Assembly (NCBI GenBank): GCA_039621445.1
Contig: CP154954.1
Coordinates: forward strand, 46,913,847 to 46,977,846
DNA length: 64,000 bases
Direction of reading: 5' to 3'
Origin: Euglena gracilis
Lineage: Eukaryota
Shown: positions 34,800 to 46,600 of the stretch, in pieces
Numbering within the stretch: position 1 is the first letter of the stretch
How the letters are laid out: every line of letters starts with the position of its first letter
Translations under genes and position numbers: made by a program
Notes under the pieces: generated by a model
Told to the model about the DNA's origin: nothing
Seen by the model: the letters and a program-made list of their open reading frames with translations, nothing else
The model's database searches: none

Positions 34800-35660
34800 T
34801 GTGCACCATTTTTTTGGACAGCAACCCCCGCCTTTTTACCCGCTTCCAACCGCAAATAATGGGAAGAAAAGGCCTGCACATTTTCCATTTTCCAATCTGG
34901 CATACCTCCTCAGAGGACAAACCTGCCAGTTTATACATGTACACTCCTGCCCCCCTGGTGGAGTGGGGGCTCACTGGGGGGGTACCCATGTTTATCCAAC
35001 AATCGTTTCGTCAAACTCCCAATGGTTTTGGCCGGCAGAGGGGTAAAAGGGGTTTTTTAGACTTAACAACAGAGGTCACCCTGGGGGGGCACAGTGTGAT
35101 GTCAAACTGACATATTTTTTCATGTTGAACCAGGGGAAAATATTGGGACATGAAGGAATTTGGGGAATGTCCTCCCACTGAGTCTGTCTCCAACACTTTC
35201 TTTGGACAAGAACAAAACCTTGCCATCAACCTGGGACACTGTCCTGAAGGTTCTGCTCAAGTCCACTGAACGATGCAAGCAGATGAGTCTGAAACTTAAA
35301 ATGACTTGGTCTCTCAGATCACTGAGGCACTCTGGGGGAGGTGCTGCTGCCAATTTCTGAAGTAATGCCTCAGGATTCCAAAAGGAAAAATACCTGGATG
35401 TGTTCCATTTTCTTTTGTAGGGGGCCAACAGTGGTAAAAACCTTAACATGTGAAACCCAGGAAGCTGTACCACATCACTATAAGCATTCCTGTCCTGAGC
35501 CACACTGAAGGTTAAAATTTTAATGATTCCAGAAGCGACTAATTCTGGGCTCATGGTGTCGAGGTCCATCTGGGACATGGCCAAAACTCCCCACAGGAGT
35601 CTGAAGGCAGAATCATATCTTGCCAAGGACAGATTCCGACTTAAGAAATTGTCAACCACT
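34800..35660 (-). pseudogene. DIRS tyrosine recombinase, frameshifted
   Basis: R...HxxR...W...HY catalytic signature across ORFs 35120-35833 and 34291-34989. Confidence 0.88.
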
Positions 35661-35699
35661 GGGGGGGGTGTGTTGCTTCTGTAACAACTGCCTGAAAAT

Positions 35700-37500
35700 A
35701 AAACGCAGGCTAGGTGCCATATTGGCTTTTTTATGGGCTGCCCGTGACAATTCTCGAACATGTGGTGGCAAGACAGAATTCTCAGGGTTGGTGTGTGTGG
35801 AATGCGAAGTTTTATTAACAGGGGCCACCACACAGCTGAAGCTCACAGGAGGCAAATCAGAAGGCATTTTAGATGTCTGTGTTCCTTTAATCTCAGGAGC
35901 CACTGGCACAGGACAGACCAGGGGGGTTTGCATACACCTCTGAGAACATGTCCAGAGGGCAGTTCAACATGTCTGTGGCCACTGCCTGAAAATGGGGCCG
36001 TCGACTCACAAACTGAGGAAGTTTGTGATTCCCTGGTGATGCAAACATGTCCACAGTTGGGTTTATGAATTGCTGAAATTTCTGCATGAGTTTTTTGGAA
36101 ATGAAAGGGTTTAAACTGTAATCCCCTGGGTCGAAGTGCCATCTGCTGATGGCATCGCTTTTCATGCTTTGGGAGGGGGCCCAGTGAACTTGGAGGGTGA
36201 TGCCCATTTCCATACACCACTTGAGAAAAGGTCTGATGAGTTTGTTCAGGTGGGGTTGCCTGCCCCCCCCTTTGAGAAGATAGTAGTAGGAAAGTTTGTT
36301 GTCCACTGTTAGGGACACTGTGTCCTTTTTCCTGGCCAAAGACCTTACAGTTGAGATGGCTGCGATCAATTCTTTTACATTGATATGTAAATGAGAGTAT
36401 TTTCGCCAAAATTCTTGTATTTGAGTGCCAGCTTGTAGGTCCAGGCCTCCCCAACCAAAGGTTGAACTGTCTGACTCCAGGTGTCTGGTGGCTAGGCTTG
36501 GGAAGGGTCTCCCCCCCCCAGGTCTGCAGAATTTCCCTGACATCTTGCAGTTGAGATTTGACCTCCTCTGGGATTGGAACCTGATGATCCCAGGCAAATT
36601 TTTCTTGTAGGTTGACAAATCCTACCAAAGTGTCTGTGAATGCTCTGAGGAAGGGCAGCCCCACCAAGAAGCTTCTTATGCATCCCAAAATTGAGGCCAT
36701 TTTCCTGCAACTGAGGGACTGGTGTGTGACTAATTTTCCCAGTTCCCTCCGAACGATTTTCAGTTTTTCTGTCCCCAACTGCAATTTTCCCGGTGCCGAT
36801 TGAGGTGGAATCCCAGATGTGGGAGATTTTGGGTGGGTTGAAGGATTGATTTTTTGCTGCTGATTTTGAAACCCCCCTGCAGTAAATCTGCTAGCATGAT
36901 GGCCAGGTGGTTGCTGACTTGCTTCTGACTGTCTCCCATCAGGATGATGTCGTCCAGGTATACAAAGCATAAAGGCCTTTGGCCCTCCAACGTTTTTCCA
37001 GGCATTTCATTAGACTCATGAATTTTTCTGGCAGCACATTTAAACCAAAACAAACTGCCTGGAATTCCCAGCATGTGTCTTCCAGAGTCATCCTCATGTA
37101 GGGTCTTAGGGCTGGGTTCAACATTAAATGAAAGTAGGCGTCCTTTAAGTCTACTTTCGCACCCCATTGTCCTTTTTTCAGGAGCCTGAAGATGACCTGG
37201 ATGTTGTCCAGTTTGAAGGGGTGGGGGAAAAAATGCTGGTTCAGCTGGCGACAGTCGCTGATTAAACGATGTTTCTCCCCCTGAGGTTCTTTTTTGGAGA
37301 TTAAAAACCAAGGGATGGTGTGTTGGGTACCTTCCCAAGGGACTGGTTTTATGGCTCCTGCCTGAAAATAGTCTTGTATAATACTTTTTGCCTTTTGTAT
37401 TTCCACCTTTGATTTTGGTATGGAACATGTGCTGAGGGGGAGGGGTCACTCCCAAGGGGGGGTTACCCCCTGTGCGATGAGTTGCAACACCCTGGGGGGG
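35700..37500 (-). pseudogene. DIRS pol (RT, RNase H, N6-adenine methyltransferase domain), frameshifted
   Basis: Domains are split across ORFs 36939-37406, 35843-36970 and 35893-36618. Confidence 0.9.
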
Positions 37501-37656
37501 CAACCTTTTGCCACCATGGCAGCTGGTCCTGAAGCCTCTGAAACAGAGGCACTCCCAGAAAGTGCTCCTCTGTCAGCAGCAGCACCTCGGTGATCTGTTC
37601 CAGAGATCTCAAGCTTGCAGCTTCCCACAGCGTGCAGATGTCTTGGCTTCTGCCCC

Positions 37657-38436
37657 TCAGGCTGGTTGACTTTGTGGCACAATGCCCAGCTCTGGGGGAC
37701 ACAATGTCCTTTTGGGACTTGATGAGTTCTGACTGAAAAGGAAGGAGCAATACTTCCTGGCAAGGTGTTGGGCAAACCATTTTCCTCCTTTGGACTTGCC
37801 TTTCCCTTTGGGGCCAGACCGCCATGGTCTCGGTTGCCAATTTGTTTGCCATTGCTTGAACTTCCACACTTTTCCACCTGTGGGGGTGGGTATATGCCAC
37901 ATGGGGAACTCACCCATGAAGGGGGATTTGATACCCTCTTTGTTGATGCCAGCTTGGGCTTTGGCCATTTTGATGTCTTCAGGGGTGAACAGGCCATTCC
38001 CTGGCTGTATGGTCTGAGGGATGCTCCTCCTCTTCCTCTCCTTGACAATGTGCCCTTCACAGGCAGCCACATATGCGAATAATTGTTGGCTCAAACCCAA
38101 TATGTCTTCAGGGGCTCCTTGTAAGGTGCAGTGCAGCGCTGCCAAGATACGCAGTATGTTCAAGAACTTCTGCTGGACTGCACGCATGGTGCGGTCATAC
38201 CCACTCTTACCGTCTTGACGGTGGTTGTTTTCCTCCGCTTTGGGCTTCAGGGTCTTCCAGGTGGGTATCTGTTCCAGCAAACTTCGTACGTCCAATCGTA
38301 AGTCCCCAGACTGTACCTGTGTGCATATCCCCTCCAGGTCCCCCGGCAGTGCCTCCTCGGCCGTCTGCAAGGGGAAGTCCTGGGCTTCCTCCGCCGCGCG
38401 CGCTGCCTCCTCGTCGCGATCCATCTCCGCCGTCAC
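37657..38436 (-). CDS. DIRS gag-like ORF1 (partial)
   Basis: 259-aa ORF upstream of RT with a helical core and a basic/Trp-rich C-terminus; similar segments occur in the other DIRS copies (LEQIPTW..KPKAEENNHR vs IGRVTQVPRPKDKPEVNNHR). Confidence 0.7.
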   Translation of the reverse strand: MTAEMDRDEEAARAAEEAQDFPLQTAEEALPGDLEGICTQVQSGDLRLDVRSLLEQIPTWKTLKPKAEENNHRQDGKSGYDRTMRAVQQKFLNILRILAALHCTLQGAPEDILGLSQQLFAYVAACEGHIVKERKRRSIPQTIQPGNGLFTPEDIKMAKAQAGINKEGIKSPFMGEFPMWHIPTPTGGKVWKFKQWQTNWQPRPWRSGPKGKGKSKGGKWFAQHLARKYCSFLFSQNSSSPKRTLCPPELGIVPQSQPA

Positions 38437-41400
38437 CGTCGTCGCCCACTTCTCGTACAGCTTGAATTCTGAGCTCCAATGACGGTATCGAGACGTTCTT
38501 CGTGAGTGAGACGCTTTAAAGGTACCGCAAGATATGGTTGTAGGTTACACTCCACCATAGCCACTCCAGTGAGCTTCCGTGCGGCAAGGGCACATCGGGC
38601 TGTATCCAACCCTGCCCCAGTCCACTTCTTACCTGAACCAAATCGTGGCCATCACGGCGGTAGCGTCGGCATCTCGCAAGAAGGCTGTTGTCGGCGATTC
38701 TTGTAAGAAAATGTTGCTCCACGCCGCTTCGAAAGCCTCTTTGTCGGTCTCGTCTTGCAGGTGCGAAATTTTGCATGATCAGCTTGAACGAATGGTTACA
38801 GCTCCGTGCCAAAAAACGGTTATGATCCGCCTATTCCGGAAAAGAAAAGCAGTAAGAAACACCAAAACCAACACCAAAAAAAGACAAACAACAGCCGGAA
38901 AGAAGAGCAAGACCTCACCGGGGTCTTGTGCGGAGCTGTCCCCTGCAAATGGGGTTCATCCGTAAGTGAACCAAACCATTTCAACCGTTTTTCTCTCTGC
39001 CTAATTGTGCCTAATTTTGGGCAATGCCTGAAATTGTGATGATGAAGGTTTTGCTCGCAGAAAATGAATTTCTTTCGAAAAACAAGCGCCCTAAATTCAA
39101 CCTTTCTGCAAAATAACTATCCTGGTTCTCATGTGACAGATGACGTGGGCAGAAACAGTGGCAGGGGCAGAAGTTTATGTGATTGTCAAGAACCTCCCTC
39201 CCGACTGGTTGGACACGTCTGGACAGTGGTGAGATTCTCACAAAAGCGATGATGGTGTTGGGATCTCTTGGTGTTGAAACATCTCCCAAACCAAAAAAAG
39301 CATCTGGTCAGAAACAACAAAGAATTCACTGGAAGGGCTGCACGAGAAAGCCCCAAACCGTTGCTTGCCGACCATGGGGGGGTTTAACGACCGGACCCCC
39401 ACGCACTCACTTTCCCCCGAAAATGGCCGAAAAATCGCAAAAAGCTAAAAATAGCACCTTTTCAAAAATTTTCAGCGCCAAAAAAAAATATCCCAGGGGC
39501 TTGGCCGGACCACACCATTGCTGGGCGACCCCTGAGGGGGGGGGGTCACTTTCCGCTCTGAAAAAACCAGTCAGTTACTTTACTCCCGGGGGGGGGGGGG
39601 TCGACCACTCTTGAATTCGCTTATGTTGGCAAGGCACCATGGTGACGCAATGAGATTGGAGGTATGTTCTCATATGTGGCCCTCGCCCAATTTGAGGAAA
39701 AGGAGGCAGAGTTCAATCAGAAGAATGGTCACACAAATGTCCTGGAGTTTGCCTATTCCTTCATCATGAATCAGTTGCCAAAAAATTCCAAAAAATTTCC
39801 AGCACCTTTGGCGCCAAGCCAGCCACTTTTTCATTTTCATGCCTACCCCCACCCCCAGACCGGACAGTCATTCACTATTCCGAACCATACATCTCTCTAA
39901 GGTTTTGCGAACCCCCCCCCCCCGGGGGCGGCTGCAGCCAGCCCCGATTTGGGCCCAGCCCAGCCGCCCCCTCCCCCCGGGGTGCTGCTACCCTAGATAG
40001 CCAGCCCCTTTTTGGGGGTCCAGCCCAAAATTTTTCGGCGCAAAGCGCAAGTTTTTTTGAAAAACTGTGTTCAAAAGTGGCCAAAAATGGGGTTTGGGGG
40101 CGTTTGGGGCATTTTTGGGGGGTTTCAGATGCATCATTTTTTCAAAACTGTGTTCTGCAGGACATTTTTGGGCATTTTTCCGATTTCACTCCAGCTCGCC
40201 CCGGTTCGGGTCCAGCCCCCCCCGGGGGGGGGGGGGCGGGCTAGCCAGCCCAAATTTCTAGCCCTAGCCCAGCAACCCCCCCAGGGTCCTGAAAAAGATG
40301 TATGTTCCGAACCCCCTGGGGCCAAAAATGGTCCATTTCGGCTGTTGTTGGCTGCGGGAAAGGTGGGAGCGTATTTTTGGGAACGGGTGGCCCTACCCCC
40401 AGGCCCTGGCAGGTTTGGCTCCGGGTGTGGGCACTGGGGGTGCCCCATGGTTGTGGTGCTACCAAAGAGCATGTGGAGGGTAGATGCATTTCCTTTTTTT
40501 GTTTTTAATCACAAATTGTGCTGCTTTCAACCACACATCCCCCCTGGTGGGGGGGGGTCGGCTGGACCCCCCCCCCCCGGGGTCCAAGGCTAAAAAAAAA
40601 CCCCTGATACGCACACACATCTTTTCTGTTGCCAAAGAAACCCCACACCAGCTGACAAAGAAGAGGTGAAGAAGACCCTGTTGGCCAGATGGAAATGAGC
40701 AGAGGTCAAATCAGAACCAGAGCTTCCAGGCTGGAATGCAGGTGGGTTTCTTCCTCAGAACTGGGAAAAATATTCGCACCGAGATGAAGGTTTTTTCTTG
40801 CAAAATCCTGGAGAATCGGAGCCAGCGTGTCGCTGAGCGACCCCCAAGGTGTTCCACACGAAAATTTGGGCTGGCTGACCCCCAGGAAGTGAGAATTGGC
40901 CAACTGGGGATTGAACCAGGAACCAAAAAAATCGAAACTGCACAATTTTTTCAAACTGCCAATCTTTTTCCACCCAAATTATGCCCTGACCAGCTTTCTG
41001 AGCCACTTTGTGCACAATCACCGTCCAGCCGTCCCTTGGGTGTCTGAAACTCATCAATTGGAGGGGGGGGGGCTGGCTGGTTGGACCCCCAAGGGGGGGA
41101 TGGGCGGCCTGTTGACCATTGACCTGATTGGGGCAGGTTGTATGGTTTTTTTTGGTGAAAACAAAACCAGCTGGCCATCGTTGAAAGCTCTGGGGCGACT
41201 CGAAATGGGAAGAGAGAAAGGGGGCAAGTCAATGGGTTGAACCCAGGGATGTGGAGGAGGTTGCAGGGATGTGGAGGAGGTTGGTTTAGGGCCCACAATT
41301 AAATCAATTCTCTGCAACTGTTGCTGCACAGTGAAGAAAAATTGATAATTTGCTCCAATGGGGTTCATTGGACAAAATTATTCGGCAAATCCCACTAATG

Positions 41401-42581
41401 AAATGGTGACAAAGTTGAAGTCCGAACTAGGGGGGGGGGGCTGTGCAGGAAGGCCTGGTGAGGTGTAGACCCCAGGCTTCTTTCACCAACGCCGGGGGGG
41501 GGTCCTTGTGCTGAGGTGCCCCAGCAGGCACCCCCCCGGGGGTTGGACAGGGAGAGAGGGGTCCCCCACCCCTGTGGGTAGGGCAGAACGGGAAGGCCTG
41601 GTGGGGGGGGGGGGGTGGTCGACCCCCCCACCTGGGAGGTGGGGGGGGGTAGACCCCTCCACCCACCACAGAATTTTCACCAATTTCGGGAAGACGGGGA
41701 TTTTGGCCGGAAAAATGCACCCAACCCACATGATTTTTTTATGGAAAACCACATTTTTTTCACAAAAAAATCTCAAACATTTCAGGGTAAAAAATTGGTA
41801 GTTTTTGGGGGGGGGGTGAAAAAAAATGCAGGTCAAAAAAAGTGGACCAAATTTTGGCACAATCAAATTTTACTGACATTTTTTTTTGGACTTTAAATGG
41901 CATTTTCTTTGCTTCAAAACCTCTCAAAATCAAAAAATTGAGAAAATGTTGAATTTTTGGAAGTTGTGAAAAAATGGGGGTTTCAGGGATTTTTTGGGGG
42001 GCCTCCCATATGGGTCCCAAAATGGGGCAAAAAAACATCCGGCGCCAAAGGCCAGAAATTTTTTTTTCAGGTCCAAAATTGGTGCTCTCGGAAACATGGG
42101 AGAGGTGGTGGGGGGGGGGGGTGGTTGACCCCCCCACCACCCTGGCTGTTTGGCCGATTCCCGTTCTGCCCTGCCTGTGGGGGAGGGGGTGTGGTCAAAA
42201 ATATCTGGCGCTTTGCGCCGGAAAAAAGCCAAAACCCTGCCAGGGGATCATAAAAACCCACAAGGGCTTTGTGTGTTTCAAATTTCGAACATTTTCCAAA
42301 AACACCAAAACATCAACAAATGTACAACATGCTTAAAAATGGAAAAAGGCCTTTTTATATATTTTCTGGCGCGCAGTGCGAAAGAAAAACTTTGCTATCT
42401 TTAGACGTGCTTGGATTTTTTGAGGGGGCAGGGGCGGGGTGGGGGGGGGGGATGGGCCAGCTTCTTTTCAGGAACCCCAGCCATTTTCCAAAAATTTTCG
42501 GCGAACCCGCCTCTGGCCTGGGACCCCCCGGACGGGGGGTTCCCAGGCTCCAGACCAGTCGAGACTTCCCCCCCTCCCACC

Positions 42582-42791
42582 CAGGGGCTTTTTAAGATCG
42601 GGGGGGGGGGTCCCCCCACCCCCTCCCTGGGGGGGGGGGTCCCGGGTGACCCACTCAAAAATCGCGAAAAATTCCAATAGCACCTCTTTCAAAAAATTTC
42701 GGTGCCGAAAAGTATATCCCACTCCCCCCTGGGGGGCTTGGCCGGACCCACTCCCCCCCCCCGGGGGTCCGCGACTAAAAAAAAGCCCCTG
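42582..42791. mobile_element. hAT-like MITE
   Basis: CAGGGGCTTTTT...AAAAAGCCCCTG; TSD CTCCCACC/CTCCTACC. Confidence 0.8.
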
Positions 42792-43683
42792 CTCCTACCT
42801 CGAAACTGAAGGGGGAAAATTTTCGGTTTTGTGGAAGACCTGGACACCACGTCGGAAGGAAAATCCGCTATTTTTGGAACTATGGGGGGGGGTGGTCCGG
42901 ACCTCCCCTCCCAACACCCCGGGGGGTCCGGACCGTACCATTGCTTACCAACCAACCGGGAGGGGTCACTTTCCACTTTCAAAAAAACCAGTCAGTGACC
43001 CCCCCCTCACTGCCTCAAAACCGAAGGGCTTCCCATCTATCCCTGCCCAGGGGGTCCAGCCCCAAACCCAACCATCTCCTGGGGGGGGGGTGTTCTGACT
43101 GACACCTGGTGGGGATGATTGGAGACACAAGGATGTTGCTGATATTAGAAATGTCCGGAAGCTGGACTTGAGGTTTTGTGCGACCCCAGAGGTGAGTCAG
43201 TGGTGAAAGCAGCAAGATTCTGTTTGAGGACACAGAGAACCTGTGATCCTTTTGGCTTGCATGGGCATTGAAAGAATCCAAGCTGTAAGCTGAAGAAAAA
43301 AGGTCAGATGAAGAGAAAAGGTTGGCTGGCAGGCTTGACCAAAAATACCCAAAGAAGCCAAGCTCAGTTACGTTTTACATCAAAATTTTGGGGTGAACCC
43401 CAAACCCTCAAAACGAAAATTGATTGGCAAACCACCATTTTGACAATCATATCTAAACTTTCCATGCTAAACACCGAAAAGTTCCTGCTCATTATTTCCA
43501 AACAAATTATGGCGAGAAAGTTTTTTCTCCAGAAGCAGTTTTGCCAAACAGAATCGGGGCGTGGAGTCACATCTCTATGGCCAGTGGAGTCAAGGGTCAC
43601 GGATTACATTGACTTTGGTTCGTCGAAGTCAACCGGTTCAAAAGGGTCAAGCTGGTCAGGTATCGGTCGCGCGAATCCGTGAA

Positions 43684-46600
43684 TTGGGAACAGAATCCGC
43701 TGGATTTTCCAGAAAAAAATGTTAACAAGATTCTTTCTTTCAGGAAAATGTGATGTTTCCATTCATGCAGACCTCTGGGGAAACGCAGAGGACAATGGAA
43801 TCAAATGCCTTTTTGTTTTCAATCAACCCACCCACCCAAAACCCTTGCAAAAAAGTCTTCCGGCCAAGTGGACAGACAATGCTGGGCCATGGTGCATCCA
43901 ATCTTTTTCTTTTGGTGAGGGAGGGTTCCAACAGGATTCTGGGTATTGGTGTCCGTACCGATTCATGCCACTGGGCCCATATGAAGGTTGAAAGCCGTCG
44001 TAGTTCTCAGCGGGCGGTGGGGGTGTTGGCAGACATTCACTTGGTGTATATCATAATGTCGCTGTGATGTGCAAGTGATACACAAATTTCTTTGTGGTAT
44101 TGCCTTTGGCCCTTCTTGTCTGTGTGTGTGGAGGTGGTCTTCCGAGTGAAAAATATGTCGAAACTGTGATCTTTGATATGCACTGGCCCCCCAAAAAATC
44201 AAAAAGACCATTGCTTGGCGACCCCCCGGGGGGGTCACTTTCCACTCTGAAAAAACCAGTCAGTCACTTTACCCCCCCCCCCAGGGGATCAGCCACTCTT
44301 CAGGAGCAATGAAATATTGCCAAAAAGTCTCAAAAAAATCCAAAAAATTTCCGGCGCCTTTGGCGTCACGTTTTCATTTTCGGGCCTACCCCACCCCCCA
44401 GGGGGGGGGGGGGCTCTTGGCCAAAAACCAGTCAGTCACTCTGAAAAAACCAGTCAGTCACCCCCCGGGGTGGGGTAGGACAGGTGTTGAGCAATGGTGT
44501 GGCCCAGATCAAATCATTTCAGAGAAACTCAAGAAATTGCAGGGAACAAAAACATGTCGCATTTTTGTCACCTGCTTTTTTCGTGATACACATTTAATGC
44601 ACTAAAATTTTTGGTGATATATGTGATGCACAGTGATACACAATTTTTTTTGCTGATGCAATAAATGAACGTCTGGGTGGGGGTGGCGGGAGCATGGTGC
44701 CAAAAGACTCCGGCTCGGTAGGGTAGCCAGACACAGGACATTGCGAAACAGCCAAACAGGCAAGAAAGAAAAGAATTTGCAAAAGAAGTTTCGCACATGC
44801 CCTGGGAACTGTAATATGATGAGGGATCCTCAACTTGCGGTGGGGCACCTTCAAGCCTTGGTCTTCCCCTTGCAGGACGCGGCTTGCAAGCGGCAAAAGC
44901 AATCCAGATGCCCTTCCCAGAATATTTTTCATGACCTTGAGCTGTAGGATCCAGGCTTCTGAGATGAGGAAATCATTCTACGAACAGAAAATATGGGGGT
45001 GAAGATGGACTGCGCAACCAGCAACCTGAACCATCCGGTTTGGCCAAAGAAGCTTTTGGTGGAAAAAAAGTAAAAAAGTAAAAATAAAAAGTAAAGCTCT
45101 TTGTTTGGAAGAATTTTCTTCTTGAATTTTTTTAGAATTTTCTATCAAAATGGTGAAGCCTTCTGCAAAAGGTCAAAAGGCATTTACAGGAGCCTGGTTG
45201 GATCCATCACATATCCATGCAAAGCGACCAAAGCATGAACTGCACTTTCAACAGAATCCATCTTGATCTTTTGCAGACAGGTGCTTGCAGGTGATTCCCC
45301 ATACAACCAGGAGAAAGGCAACCCACCCATTTCGAGAACCAAAGGTTTCTGTATAATTTTGATTGTTGTCATCCGCACCAAGGTTCCTTCAAGAGAAAGA
45401 CCCCTGGTGCCCCCCCCACCCTGGCTGAGCAGGGGAAGGTCCCAAGGGGGAGGGGAACAGGCTTCTTTTTAAGACCCCGGGGGGGGGGGGAGGGGTCCCC
45501 CCCACCCACCCACCCACCCACCCAGGGTGGCGCGGGCCCCCCCCGGGGGGGGGGGGCGGGGGCCCCCCCCCCAAAATCGGGCCTGTTAAAGGCAATTTTC
45601 AAAAACTTTCGGCGCTTTGCGCCGAAAAGGTATACCCAGCGCCTCCGGCGCGGGACCCTCCCCCCCCCCGGGGGGTCCGGCCCAGACCCACCCACCCACC
45701 CCCCGGGGGGGGGGGGTCAGGTGACTTAAAAAGAAGCCTGGAGGGGAAGGGGGAGGAAACCACAAAAAAAGAAGTTTCAAGTCCAAGTGAGAGTCATGGC
45801 ACAAAGTGGGCCACCATACCCCACCATATGCATCTGGCTGATAATTTTTCCGAATCATCATTTTGTTGGCACATCGGGGGACCCATTAAACTGTTTGAGT
45901 GCCCGAAGGGAATCAATTAAAAGTCCCCAGGGGGGGGATAAACCCCCACACCCCCCAAGAATGGGGGCCCCACTTATTCCATGTGTGTACCCAGCGAATG
46001 TGGTCGGACAATTAGGTGCTGAAGGATCCGACCAAAAAATCGGTGGAACACGATTTTTTCTAAAAAGGCTTGGAACGCCAGGGAGGGTGCCCAAAGGGCT
46101 TTTTGGACCCCGGGGTTCTCACCAGAGACAGGGTTTGGAGTTTTTCTTGGTTTTTCGTGGAAAGCGTGGGAAAAAATATTTTGCCCCCCCCCCCCGCATG
46201 CGCTCTGCCATTACGAGAGTCAGATGGGAGGTGGGGGGGTCGGGTCGCTTGGGAATGTCGGAGGAGGGGGGTGGGGGGACCCCATTCCAAAACCAGGGGG
46301 TACCACGTACCTCCTGTCTGCGGAGCTTCCCATACAACACTGACCCCCCCGCCATGACGCCCACTCAAAGAAAATTCCCTTGGTGCCGAAGGAAAACTTT
46401 GACCCAAAATTCGGCGCCCCCGAAAATAAGGCCTGGGGGTGGGTTGGACTCCCCCACCACCCACAGGTTTGCGGGGATCCTTGTGCAACTGTGGGTTGAC
46501 CCGGCTGGCACCCGTAGCAAGGCAAAAAAAAAGCCCAAATCCAACCAGCCTGGTTTCCAGCCTGATTCTTGAGTGGAAAACCAAAAAAATGGCAAAAAAA

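Larger units (their letters stand above)
34408..38940 (-). mobile_element. DIRS1-like retrotransposon, best-preserved copy (gag, RT, RNase H, MT, YR; frameshifted)
   Basis: ITR 38849-38918 is complementary to ~34471-34539. ICR 34696-34797 is complementary to 34408-34475 and 38913-38940. RT AKVDLKDAYFHL, FGL, VYLDD; RH ESDSSTFGWGG, HINVKELIAA, VDN, DAISR; MT VDMFASPGN...YANPPW; YR HRSVDL...HSTRGAG...GKW. Confidence 0.95.

Noticed and set aside
39100-41430. Fragmented coding-like patches (e.g. TKNSLEGLHEK, AQFEEKEAEFNQKNG), possibly a transposase remnant
   Set aside because: Stops, MITE interruptions and no convincing motif set; cannot be supported without a homology search.
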